From NCBI GenBank assembly GCA_965224245.1, contig OZ245046.1, positions 5,312,001 through 5,376,000 on the forward strand: a DNA stretch of 64,000 nt. The letters are read 5' to 3'. Below, in pieces: positions 48,385 through 57,626 of the stretch (within the stretch, counting starts at the first letter, position 1; every line of letters starts with the position of its first letter). Origin of the DNA: Candidatus Eiseniibacteriota bacterium. Its GTDB lineage: Bacteria; Eisenbacteria; RBG-16-71-46; CAZAMP01. A program made the position numbers and the translations under genes. The notes under the pieces are model-generated. The model saw only the letters and a list, made by a program, of their open reading frames with translations. It was not told where the DNA came from and made no database searches.

Positions 48385-49413
48385 ATGAGGTCGAGAGTCT
48401 CGATGCTCGTGTCGGTGGCCGTCGCCGCGTCGCTCGCGGCGGGCGACGCGCCGGCCGAGGTCGTCATCGAACCGGTCATGGGCGACGTCCAGCTCGACGT
48501 CGCCGAGGTGGAGTGCTCGGACTATCCATCGGGCTGCATGCTCTGCGTGAACGACGTCGACAACCCGGGTGACACCCGCCTGATCGTCGCGTGCGGGCAG
48601 CGGCTCCCCGGCGTCGCCACGTGGGCGAACGTTCAGGGCACCGTGCGCCCGTTCGTGGTGCTGGACGGCGTGGAGGTCACGCCGTCGCTGCTGCCGTTCG
48701 GCTCGCGCGTCCGGACCCGGCTGGGATGGCTCGATCGCGCGTATCCACCGAGCTGTCCCGGCGGCGTGCCCCCGGGGGTCACCTATGCGATCGGAGACGA
48801 TCCCACCCGCACCGTCACCGGTGACGGTGAGGCGACGGTCGAGGTCGACGCGGGGTTCGGGGACGTCATTCCGTTCACGTTCGACGTCTGCAGCCAGTTC
48901 GTGTGGTGGGGCGTGGGGTGCGACATCGCGGGCTCGCAGTCGTATCGATGGTCGTTCCTCGCGCCCGAGGTTCCGCGCGCGTTCGCGCTCGCGGCCGGCG
49001 ACGCCGAGCCGATCTCGCTGCCCGGGGACGGGATCCTGCTGGACGTCCTCGACTCACCGGGTGGAGCGGTCACGATCACGCGCGTCGACGCCGAGCCGCC
49101 GGCGGGGCCGGCGTTCGTCGGGGCGCCGGGGTACTGGGACGTCGAAACCGACATGCCCTCGGGGTCGTACTCGGCACGGGTCGAGCTGAGCTTCGACGTG
49201 GGGACGCTCCCCGCGGAGGCCGAGCCGTCGGAGCTGGTGATCGCGGTCTACGACCCGTCGCGGGATCGCTGGGAGTCGCTGGAGACGACGCTCGATCTGG
49301 ATCTCGGCCTGGCCGGTGCGACCACCGAGCGGCTGTCGATGTTCATCGTGACCATGCCGCCGGCGGTCCCGGTGGAGACGCTCTCGTGGGGATCGTTGAA
49401 GGCGACGTACTGA
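48385..49413 (+). CDS. Secreted Cys-containing protein with C-terminal SWGxLKxxY tail
   Basis: Signal peptide; ends VPVETLSWGSLKATY. Confidence 0.75.
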   Translation: MRSRVSMLVSVAVAASLAAGDAPAEVVIEPVMGDVQLDVAEVECSDYPSGCMLCVNDVDNPGDTRLIVACGQRLPGVATWANVQGTVRPFVVLDGVEVTPSLLPFGSRVRTRLGWLDRAYPPSCPGGVPPGVTYAIGDDPTRTVTGDGEATVEVDAGFGDVIPFTFDVCSQFVWWGVGCDIAGSQSYRWSFLAPEVPRAFALAAGDAEPISLPGDGILLDVLDSPGGAVTITRVDAEPPAGPAFVGAPGYWDVETDMPSGSYSARVELSFDVGTLPAEAEPSELVIAVYDPSRDRWESLETTLDLDLGLAGATTERLSMFIVTMPPAVPVETLSWGSLKATY

Positions 49414-49449
49414 CGGTCTGCCGGAAGCGCGCGTCGGACGCGGACGCGA

Positions 49450-50754
49450 TCAGCCCTTGCGCGCCGTGACCTCGGCCAGCGACGCAGCGATGATCGTGCC
49501 GATCATCCCGAGCACGGCGAAGAAGAGGATCACGACGCGCGGGGAGATCGTCGCCGCGAGCGCGCCCAGCGTGCCGCTGGTCAGGAGCACGATGCCGATC
49601 AGGGTATTGGAGACCGCGACGTACGACGCCCGGCGGTCGCCGGACGCCATGTCCACGACATACGTCTTCCGCCCCACGCGAATACCCGTGTGTGCCAGCG
49701 AGAGCAGGAAGAAGAGCGCGGTGTAGACCCACCACACGTCGACGCTTCCGACCGCGAACGTGACGATGCCGACGATGGACGCCGCACCGCCGGCCACCGT
49801 CAGCGTGCGCCGGCTCGACCGGTCGGCCATGCGGCCCCAGACGAATCCGCTCAGCGCGGACGCGACGCTGCCCGCCACGAGGAACGCCGCGAACGTGCGC
49901 GTCGTGTCGTCGGCGGCGCTCCGGGCCAGGAGCACGTAGAACGGAACCGCCAGCACGGTGCTGGCCAGGAACCCGCGCGCGATCACGAACCGCCGGAACA
50001 CCGGATCCTCGGACAGGAGGCCGAGGCTGCCGAACGCGGCGCGGAGCGCGTTGGGCTCGTCGGTCGTCTCGCCGGGAAGCTCGCGCAGCCGACTCATCAC
50101 GAGCGCGGCCGCGAGCCAGAGCGTCCCGGCGACCGCGACCAGCGTCGCCAGCGCGCCGGTCGAGAACGTCTCGGTGCCGCCGCCCATCATCACGATGCCG
50201 AGCGCGGCCGTGAGGGCGCCGGCGATCGACGTCGCGAGCCCGGACAGACGTCCGCGGCGCGTGCGCGGGATCGTCTTGCCGAGAAGGTCCTTCGACGTCA
50301 CCGAGCAGACACCGCGGGCCAGACTGAACAGCGTCACCAGTCCGATCACGATCCAGCCGAAGCTCGCCCCGCGAAACGCCGTCGCAGCGATCGCGATCCC
50401 GATCACACACGCCCCCTGGCCGAGGGCGCCGCCGATCCAGAACGTCCTCCGGATCGGATGGCGGCGGACGATGCTCCCGATCGCGAGCTGCGGGACGAGC
50501 GCTCCGGCCTCGCGCAGTGGAACGATGAGCCCGATCAGTGACGGCGATGCGCCGAGGCCGGCCATCAGCCAGGAGAGCGACAGGCGCGGACTGGACAGCG
50601 TGTCGCCGAGCTTCGTCATCACCTGTGCGAGCGCCTGCGCGAGGAAGCTGGACGCGGCCACCTCGTGCGCGTCGGCCGGGATGTCCCCGTCATCCGGTGC
50701 GGGGGGCTCATCGTGGAAGAGCCGGTCGTACGTCCATCGCGCGAGCGTCGTCAC
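49450..50754 (-). CDS. MFS transporter
   Basis: ~12 TM segments; PLREAGALVPQL and WGRMADRSSR (MFS motif A-like); start GTG50754 estimated. Confidence 0.85.
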   Translation of the reverse strand: MTTLARWTYDRLFHDEPPAPDDGDIPADAHEVAASSFLAQALAQVMTKLGDTLSSPRLSLSWLMAGLGASPSLIGLIVPLREAGALVPQLAIGSIVRRHPIRRTFWIGGALGQGACVIGIAIAATAFRGASFGWIVIGLVTLFSLARGVCSVTSKDLLGKTIPRTRRGRLSGLATSIAGALTAALGIVMMGGGTETFSTGALATLVAVAGTLWLAAALVMSRLRELPGETTDEPNALRAAFGSLGLLSEDPVFRRFVIARGFLASTVLAVPFYVLLARSAADDTTRTFAAFLVAGSVASALSGFVWGRMADRSSRRTLTVAGGAASIVGIVTFAVGSVDVWWVYTALFFLLSLAHTGIRVGRKTYVVDMASGDRRASYVAVSNTLIGIVLLTSGTLGALAATISPRVVILFFAVLGMIGTIIAASLAEVTARKG

Positions 50755-50880
50755 ACGTGCGTCCCGTGGTGAGGCGTCATCCAGACTTTCGAGCCGGACC
50801 GAGCGGCCGCCGGCTCGACACCCGGCCCGGTCGAGCGCCCCAACGATACGGCCGGCGAACACCCGGCGGTAGGGCCACGA

Positions 50881-50930
50881 TCCGGGCGGATCCCTCCGGA
50901 TCCCTCCGGATTGCGCCGGATCCGGGCGAA
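50881..50930. repeat. Five imperfect 10-bp tandem units
   Basis: tccgggcgga/tccctccgga/tccctccgga/ttgcgccgga/tccgggcgaa. Confidence 0.65.
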
Positions 50931-51286
50931 CCGCCGATGTTCTTGCCCGGCGGGCGAGTTCGAGGACCGGGGGTCCCCAGGGCCGCGGCGGAACGCCGCA
51001 TGGCATCGGTCAAGCCATTTGTCGTCAACGAGTTGGGCGATCGCCCGCGTGGGTCGAGCGATCGCCGAAAAACGACGTGTCCGCCCCGACGGGGTGGCTG
51101 AAATGGGCGATTCCCGACTGTATAACAGCTGTTCGACCAAGGAGTTAGGGGATTTTCGCCTGACGCAATAAGGGAAACCCGCTATACTATGGGTCGTCTT
51201 TTTCCAGCACCGGTCCGTGCACCCCCCGCCATGCCTGGACACGCACGCTCGGTACAGCATCTGGCCCCCTCCCAAAAGGAGCCCGA

Positions 51287-53383
51287 ATGGACCCCCGTCG
51301 ATGTCTGCCCCTGGCTCTCGTGGCCGCGTTCGCCATCACGAGCAACGCCGTCGCCGAAGAGACCTGGGTCATCACGTCAGGACGCACCGCCATCCACCTA
51401 TACGAGGATCTGCTGAGCGACCTCGGCATCGCCGTGATCGACGTCGATGAGACCGCGGCCGATCCGACCGGCGCCCAGGCGCACATGGAGCCCCCGTTCT
51501 ACACGTTCGCGATCGACGAGGACTCGGGGCTCGAGTTCCGTTCGCAGGGTGGACGCTACATCAGCCGGAGCTTCGGCGCCGGTGAGCTCGAGCACCTCGG
51601 CGGCTTCCGCCTGCATCACGCCGGGTCCGGCTTCACCGCCGAGCTTCGCGACTTCGTGATCGACTACCGCCAGGGCGTCGACGGTCCCGGTGAGTGGGGT
51701 GTCCTCCGGGACTGGCTCTTCATGCGGGGCACGGCGAGCTCGACCCCGATGGTCGAGCTGTGGGACTCCGAGCCGGTGTTCCGCCGCGGCGAGCAGACGC
51801 TCCACATCTACAACCTGACGCTGCAGATGTCCGAGGAGATGGCGATCGCGCTCGGCCGCGAGGACCTCATCGAGCAGCCCATCGGATCGATGTACGTCGA
51901 GGGCGCCGCGCGGTTCGTCGAGGGTGTCTACGAAGATCCCCACGATCAGGAGCAGACGGCGGGCTCGGTGCTCGACGTCGAGCTCGGTCATCTCTACACG
52001 GTCACCTCGCTCGGCCACTCGGGGACGTATCCGAACGGGATCGCCGGCATCTCGATGTCCACGACGTCGTGCAATCCGGGTGACGTCGAGGTTCCGTGGG
52101 AAGCCCCGATGGACGAGGACCACCCGATCATCATGATGCAGTTCTATCGCATCAACGGCGACGGCCAGCTCGACCAGATCGGGACGTCGTGGGGCAAGCA
52201 CGGCTTTTACGCGCTGTCGTCCAACGAGTGCGGCTACGGCTGCTCGGGCACCGACGGCACCGCGCTCGGAGTGGGCTGCTCGGACACGTACGGCACCGGC
52301 AACAACGGCGACCGCTACTGGCTCGGACCTCGTGACGAGATCAACCCGTACACGGGTACCTGGACCTGCACCGGCTCGTTCTTCTCGGGCTATCAGCCGG
52401 ACTGCACGCGTCGCGAGAGCGGCAGCGGCTGGGGACCGACCGCGCACCGGCTGGAGACGCCGGACCAGGATCTCGGCAACCCGGACGCCACGTACTACTT
52501 CGAGGGCTACTACGTGGTCGTGGGTGACCAGGATCGCTCGAACAACATCATGCACCGTCGCTGCACCACGAGCTGGTCCGGTAGCAACTGGAACATCAAC
52601 GAGACCGGATCCCAGGTTCAGACGCCGATGATCATGACCTGGGGCGACCAGCAGACGCAGGTGAGCGGGGTCGACGACGGCATGGTGATCCTGTCGGTCA
52701 AGACCACCGACCTCGGCGGCGGCAACTTCCGCTACGACTACGCGCTGTTCAACCGCGACTCCGATCGCCAGATCCGCGAGTTCTCGGTGCCCATCGGCGA
52801 CGCGACGCTGTCCAACATGACGTTCCACGACTGGGACACCGACGACGGTCCGGCCTCGAACGACTGGACCGCGGCCATCGTCGGCAACGACGTCGTCTGG
52901 AGCACCGACGAGTATCCGTCCGAGGACGGCAACCCGCTCGTGTTCGGATACATGTTCTCGTTCAGCTTCGAGGCGGACCGTCCGCCGCTGCGCAGCGCGG
53001 CCACGCTCGGGTACTTCAAGCCCGGCACCGGCGAGTCGCTCACGGCCGACACGCAGGCACCGGCCGGCATCGTCGCGGTCGGCGACCCGACGCAGGGCCC
53101 GAACGTCGCGCAGCTCGGCGCGGCGCGCCCGAACCCGCTTCGTGCGGGGGCGACCACGATCAGCTTCGACATGTCGGCGCGCGCCGACGTGAGGCTGTCG
53201 ATCTACGACGCGCAGGGTCGCTTCGTCCGCTCGCTGATCGACGAGACGCGCTCGGTCGGACGTCACCAGGTCGAGTGGGACGGCCGTGACGCCTCCGGCG
53301 CGAGTGTCGGTGCGGGGGTGTACTACTACCGCCTCCAGGTGGGGGGCTACTCCACCGGCAAGTCGCTCGTCGTCGTCGACTAG
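51287..53383 (+). CDS. Secreted Cys-rich protein of unknown function with C-terminal FlgD-Ig-like domain
   Basis: AAGGAG RBS; signal peptide; TTSCNPGD...WGKHGF...LGVGCSDTY core; RPNP...IYDAQGRFV...WDGRD...GVYYYRL tail. Confidence 0.85.
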   Translation: MDPRRCLPLALVAAFAITSNAVAEETWVITSGRTAIHLYEDLLSDLGIAVIDVDETAADPTGAQAHMEPPFYTFAIDEDSGLEFRSQGGRYISRSFGAGELEHLGGFRLHHAGSGFTAELRDFVIDYRQGVDGPGEWGVLRDWLFMRGTASSTPMVELWDSEPVFRRGEQTLHIYNLTLQMSEEMAIALGREDLIEQPIGSMYVEGAARFVEGVYEDPHDQEQTAGSVLDVELGHLYTVTSLGHSGTYPNGIAGISMSTTSCNPGDVEVPWEAPMDEDHPIIMMQFYRINGDGQLDQIGTSWGKHGFYALSSNECGYGCSGTDGTALGVGCSDTYGTGNNGDRYWLGPRDEINPYTGTWTCTGSFFSGYQPDCTRRESGSGWGPTAHRLETPDQDLGNPDATYYFEGYYVVVGDQDRSNNIMHRRCTTSWSGSNWNINETGSQVQTPMIMTWGDQQTQVSGVDDGMVILSVKTTDLGGGNFRYDYALFNRDSDRQIREFSVPIGDATLSNMTFHDWDTDDGPASNDWTAAIVGNDVVWSTDEYPSEDGNPLVFGYMFSFSFEADRPPLRSAATLGYFKPGTGESLTADTQAPAGIVAVGDPTQGPNVAQLGAARPNPLRAGATTISFDMSARADVRLSIYDAQGRFVRSLIDETRSVGRHQVEWDGRDASGASVGAGVYYYRLQVGGYSTGKSLVVVD

Positions 53384-53441
53384 ATGGCGCGGCGATCGAG
53401 GTCGCGCCGCCGGCGCGGCAGTGCGGCAAACGTCAGGTACC

Positions 53442-53473
53442 ACGGAGCTCGAGGCGACTCGGGCTCCGTTTTT
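53442..53473 (+). terminator. Rho-independent terminator
   Basis: ACGGAGCTCGAG-gcga-CTCGGGCTCCGT followed by a T run. Confidence 0.8.
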
Positions 53474-53504
53474 CTTGCCGGTCGTCCGGCGTCGGTCACG
53501 AGAC

Positions 53505-54209
53505 TCAGTCGGAGGCGCTACCGCGATAGAGCGCCTTGACGCGACTCCACGTGCTGACCTCGACGAGCGGGTCGGCGCACGAGGTGCCGCAGGCCACGTG
53601 CCCGCCGGGGCCGTCGACCTCGACGTCGCCCCAGCCGAGGTGGGCCCGGCAGATCTCGAACGTGGTCGGCAGGCAGTCCGCGACCAGGGCGATGCCGCCG
53701 ATGCGGGGATCCCCGGCCGCGCGAAGGAAGCCCGGTCCCCCCGAGCGGACGCTGAAGAAGCCGATCTTCGTGACGCCGTCGTCGTTGTCGGTCACGAGAT
53801 AGCACCCGTCCGACCAGGTGACGGCGTTTCCGGAGCCCGACGCGGGCCACGCCACGGGCTCGACCTGGGGGATCTCGGAGCCTCCGGTGCACAGCGTCCA
53901 GCCGTACAGGTCCAGCGACGGGACGTACTCGATCCCGAACTGGATGCCGCCGATGCCTCCCGACACGCCCGGTCCCGCGCCGACCGGAACCCCGCCCACG
54001 ACGAGCTCGGCGAAGTTCGGCGTGAGCTCGCCGAGGTCGAGGATCTCGGCGTCGATGCGATCGCAGGCCAGGTTGCCGTCCGCGACGACCGAGTCGTTAC
54101 AGCCCGAATAGGATGGGGCGATGAACATGACGTCGATGGAGTAGCTGTCGACGGCGTGTGTCGTGCCGACGGCGATCGGGATCAGGAGAAACGCAAGGGG
54201 TGCCTTCAT
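53505..54209 (-). CDS. Secreted Cys-rich protein with C-terminal TWxxVKALY tail
   Basis: Signal peptide MKAPLAFLLIPIAVGTTHA; ends VEVSTWSRVKALYRGSASD. Confidence 0.75.
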   Translation of the reverse strand: MKAPLAFLLIPIAVGTTHAVDSYSIDVMFIAPSYSGCNDSVVADGNLACDRIDAEILDLGELTPNFAELVVGGVPVGAGPGVSGGIGGIQFGIEYVPSLDLYGWTLCTGGSEIPQVEPVAWPASGSGNAVTWSDGCYLVTDNDDGVTKIGFFSVRSGGPGFLRAAGDPRIGGIALVADCLPTTFEICRAHLGWGDVEVDGPGGHVACGTSCADPLVEVSTWSRVKALYRGSASD

Positions 54210-54283
54210 GCCTCGAAACCTCCAGCGGAGCAGGGCGAGCGGCATCATACCACCGGCACTCTTCCGTGCGCGGCGCGGTCGCA

Positions 54284-55390
54284 CTACGGCGTGTGGGGGC
54301 CCCGGCTCGATCGGCCGCCCGCCCACGTCGATCGACGGACCCGGTACACGTAGTGGTGCACCGGCACCGTGTACGCCCGCATCTCCTCGGGGAACTCGCC
54401 GGTGGCCTCGCCGACCCGGACACCTCCGACGGCCTCCTGCATCCGGATCGACGCGACGTTGGCCACGTTGGGGGTGGCCTCGACGCACTCGCAGTCGGTC
54501 TCCCGGAAGAGCGTGTCCACGAGAGCGCGCTTCACCTCCACGCCGTAGCGGTGGCCCCAGAACTCCGGGAGGAGCTTCACGTCGGTCGTTGACACGCCGT
54601 TTGCGTCGGGCAAGCGCATCGCGCACTCGCCGATCGCGACCCCCGAGGACCGGAGCGAGACGATCAGGAGCGCCCCGAAGGCCGACTCCGGCGGTGTCCG
54701 GAGCCTCGCCAGCACCTCGCCCCGCGTGATCGGGAGTCCGCGCGGGAAGCCGACGTGCACCATGACCTCGGGCGTCGTCCACAGTCGGTGGAGCACGTCC
54801 GCATCCCGGGGACCGGCGCGCCGGACGATCAGCCGCTCGGTCTCGAACACGACGTCACGCGGTGCGTCGGCCGCCGGGGACGGACCGGTCGCGCCGGGAG
54901 TCCCGGCAAACACGTCACGCTCGTCGATAACGATGGGGGTCGCCGGCGGCCCGGAGTTCATCAACGCCACGAGACGCTCCCCGAGGTCGCGGGGGACGAA
55001 GCGCTCGGTCGACGTGCGAACGTCGTCGGGTGACCACCAGCGAAACTCGCGGAACCGTGTCCGCTCGTCGGTCTCCATCGCGTCGATTGCCGGCGTGAAA
55101 GAACGGTGCACGGTTACCCGGAAGAAGCGCTCGCGCTCCACGTGCCGGTGGCCGCCCTCGTGACAGGTCCCGTGGCGCACCCAGACCTCGGGGCCCACGC
55201 TGGCGTCGGTGAGCCCGGTCTCCTCGGCGAGCTCGCGGACGAGCGCCGCGCGTGCGCTCTCGCCGGGCCGGATCCGACCGCCGGGCGTGATCCACAGGTC
55301 ACCGGAGGCGCCCCCGATGCGCATCAGCAGGATCGACCCCGACGGGGTCGTCAGGATCGCTCTCGCGGACACCGGGTCGTCGACAGTCAC
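54284..55390 (-). CDS. NUDIX hydrolase - GNAT (RimJ/RimL-like) acetyltransferase fusion
   Basis: WITPGG...RELAEETG Nudix box; ETERLIVR...FWGHRYG...NVASIRMQEAVG GNAT domain; GGAGG RBS before GTG55390. Confidence 0.8.
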   Translation of the reverse strand: MTVDDPVSARAILTTPSGSILLMRIGGASGDLWITPGGRIRPGESARAALVRELAEETGLTDASVGPEVWVRHGTCHEGGHRHVERERFFRVTVHRSFTPAIDAMETDERTRFREFRWWSPDDVRTSTERFVPRDLGERLVALMNSGPPATPIVIDERDVFAGTPGATGPSPAADAPRDVVFETERLIVRRAGPRDADVLHRLWTTPEVMVHVGFPRGLPITRGEVLARLRTPPESAFGALLIVSLRSSGVAIGECAMRLPDANGVSTTDVKLLPEFWGHRYGVEVKRALVDTLFRETDCECVEATPNVANVASIRMQEAVGGVRVGEATGEFPEEMRAYTVPVHHYVYRVRRSTWAGGRSSRGPHTP

Positions 55391-55514
55391 GCGCGTCCTC
55401 CAGGCCTCGAGGGGGGCGGGGGTACGTGACACCTTACCTCGTTCACCGATGTCGCTCGACGCCCGTTCCCCCGGCCGCTCGACATCCCCACCGGGCGGGG
55501 ATAGCATCCGGCCC

Positions 55515-56114
55515 ATGGATCAGCTGAAAGCCTTTCTCGACGCCACCGAGAACCGACCGCCCCGGGACACGCTGGTGGCCGCGCTCGCCCTCGGGCCGCC
55601 GCCGGGCCGAGCGCTCGACCTGGGGTGCGGAGCGGGCTGTGACACGGTCGGGCTTCTCCGCCACGGGTACACCGTGACCGCCGTCGACGTGCATCCGGAC
55701 GCCGTGGCGCGGACCCGGGCGACCGTATCGCGCGCAGGAGACGAGCTCGACGACCGGCTCGATACCCGGGTGGCGTCGTACGCGTCGCTGGACGTCGGGC
55801 CCGGCGAGATCGCGCTGATCAACGCGAGCTTCTCCCTTCCGTTCTCCGAGCCGTCGGAGTTCGGTTCGACGTGGAATCGCTTCGCGACGTGGCTCGCGCC
55901 GGGCGGCTTCTTCGTCGGGCAGCTCTTCGGCGACCGGGACGAATGGAACGGACGCGAGGGAGCGCCGTCGACGTTTCAGACCCGGGCCGAGGTCGACCGG
56001 CTGGTGGCGCCGTATCGCGTTCGAATGCTGGACGAGGTGGAGCGCGACGGCGTGACCGCGATCGGGACCCCCAAGCACTGGCATGTCTTCCACCTCATCC
56101 TGGAGAAGCGGTAG
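55515..56114 (+). CDS. Class I SAM-dependent methyltransferase
   Basis: ALDLGCGAG, SFSLPF, LAPGGFFVG and KHWHVFH. Confidence 0.87.
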   Translation: MDQLKAFLDATENRPPRDTLVAALALGPPPGRALDLGCGAGCDTVGLLRHGYTVTAVDVHPDAVARTRATVSRAGDELDDRLDTRVASYASLDVGPGEIALINASFSLPFSEPSEFGSTWNRFATWLAPGGFFVGQLFGDRDEWNGREGAPSTFQTRAEVDRLVAPYRVRMLDEVERDGVTAIGTPKHWHVFHLILEKR

Positions 56115-56160
56115 CCACGAGGCGGGCGCGACCCGGTGTACGCCACCCGAGGAACGCGCG

Positions 56161-56817
56161 TCACGCGGCGTCGCGGGGGAGCGGCCGCAGGAACATCCCC
56201 AGGAGCACGCAGAGATCGAGCGCGACCAGCCCGATGGAGAGCGATCGCGTCGAGCGGCGCAGGACGCCGAGCTGCTGCTGCTGCGTGGCCTCCGGAGGCA
56301 CGAGGGCGGGGTCCGCCGCCCAGGCCAGAAGCGCGTCGGTCTCGAGGTGTCGCCCCGGGCAGAGGGTGGCGTTGCAGTCCCGGTGCAGAGCCACCCGCGA
56401 GTCCGGAATCCCGTACCGCCGCTGCAAGGTCGCGACCGTGAACCCCATTGCCGACCTCAGACCGTCCGGAAACGGTGCATTCTCGTAGTCACCGACCACG
56501 CAGAGATGGATCGACAGCACGTTGCACGTCGATCGCGACGTGCCGACGCTCGGCAGCCAGTAGAGGAATCGCCGCGTGGGCTCCAGGTGACCCGCGGGGA
56601 TCTCCGTGGAGCCGTTCGACAGTACGAGGTGGTAGGCCGCCTCGCTCCAGCCGCGCTCGTGATGCACGCGCCGGATCGCATCCAGGTCTCCCGACGCGGT
56701 CGCCGAGTGGTGGATGACGATGCCCCGGTACCGAAGCGGTGGGAGGTACACGAGGATCAGGACGTTGAAGATGAGGAGCCCGAGCAGAATCCGGGTCAGC
56801 TTCGTCGACTCGAACAT
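56161..56817 (-). CDS. N-acetylmuramoyl-L-alanine amidase (Amidase_2/PGRP-like) with N- and C-terminal TM helices
   Basis: IVIHHSA, YHLV, SIHLCVVGD and LHRD...TLCPG zinc ligands. Confidence 0.85.
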   Translation of the reverse strand: MFESTKLTRILLGLLIFNVLILVYLPPLRYRGIVIHHSATASGDLDAIRRVHHERGWSEAAYHLVLSNGSTEIPAGHLEPTRRFLYWLPSVGTSRSTCNVLSIHLCVVGDYENAPFPDGLRSAMGFTVATLQRRYGIPDSRVALHRDCNATLCPGRHLETDALLAWAADPALVPPEATQQQQLGVLRRSTRSLSIGLVALDLCVLLGMFLRPLPRDAA

Positions 56818-56884
56818 GGATACCCCACGCGCGCCCTCCCGCGGGACGCGGAAGCGTCCTCGCGCGCGTGTGCGCGCGCGAGGC

Positions 56885-57601
56885 TCACCCGCGCAGGAAC
56901 ACCCAGTAGCCGCTGAGGAGGACCAGGATGCCCAGGAGGAAGACGGTCACGACCATCCCGTACGTGGACACCAGCGGTCCCACGAATCCGAGCCACACAC
57001 CCGACGCCGCGCCCGTCACGTTGTCCAGTGCCTGACGGTAGCTGTCCGGGACGTCGAGCGCGAGGCGGCCCACGCCGTCCAGCTGCACGCCGAGCGCCGA
57101 CCCCACGATGAAGGCGACCAGTACGACGACGGCGATGCGGAGCACGATCCGGAACACACGCCGCCCGCGCCGGGGCTGCACCCAGCGCTTTCCGAGTCCG
57201 GACGGCGCCACGTCTCCGCGCTTGGGCTTCGGAGTGGCGGGGCCCCCGAGCGGCGTCCCCTTCAGCTTGCTCAGAAAGATGTAGTGACCGTGCCAGAGGC
57301 GGTCGAACTCCTCGCGCGTCCACGGCGTGCCGTCGTTCCCGGAGGCGAGCGACCGGTGTCGCTTCAAGAGGTCGGTGATCGCGTCGACCTCCCGGCGCAC
57401 CTCGGCGTCCAGCCCACGCGAGACGGTCTCCGGCAGGAACTGGAGTCGTGCCGCGATCTTCGCTTTCAGGGCCAGAAACGCGCGCTCCTGGCCCGCGGTG
57501 ACGGTGTCGCTGTCGAACGCCGCGATCGCGACATCGTGGTAACGCACCCACAGCCTTCTGAGCGCGCGGAGACGCAGCTTCGCACGCAACGACTGCAACA
57601 T
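56885..57601 (-). CDS. Hypothetical membrane protein in the pilus operon
   Basis: GGAGGG RBS; helical N-domain plus two C-terminal TM segments. Confidence 0.7.
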   Translation of the reverse strand: MLQSLRAKLRLRALRRLWVRYHDVAIAAFDSDTVTAGQERAFLALKAKIAARLQFLPETVSRGLDAEVRREVDAITDLLKRHRSLASGNDGTPWTREEFDRLWHGHYIFLSKLKGTPLGGPATPKPKRGDVAPSGLGKRWVQPRRGRRVFRIVLRIAVVVLVAFIVGSALGVQLDGVGRLALDVPDSYRQALDNVTGAASGVWLGFVGPLVSTYGMVVTVFLLGILVLLSGYWVFLRG

Positions 57602-57626
57602 GACGGGTCTCCCTCCGTTGCGGTCG

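Noticed and set aside
50881-50930. Possible CRISPR array
   Set aside because: Units are 10 bp with no spacers, and no cas genes are present
51001-51016. TGGCATCGGTCAAGCC as a sigma54 promoter
   Set aside because: Spacing fits, but the -12 element is poor and it lies ~270 nt from the gene; sigma70-like TATACT near 51183 is more plausible
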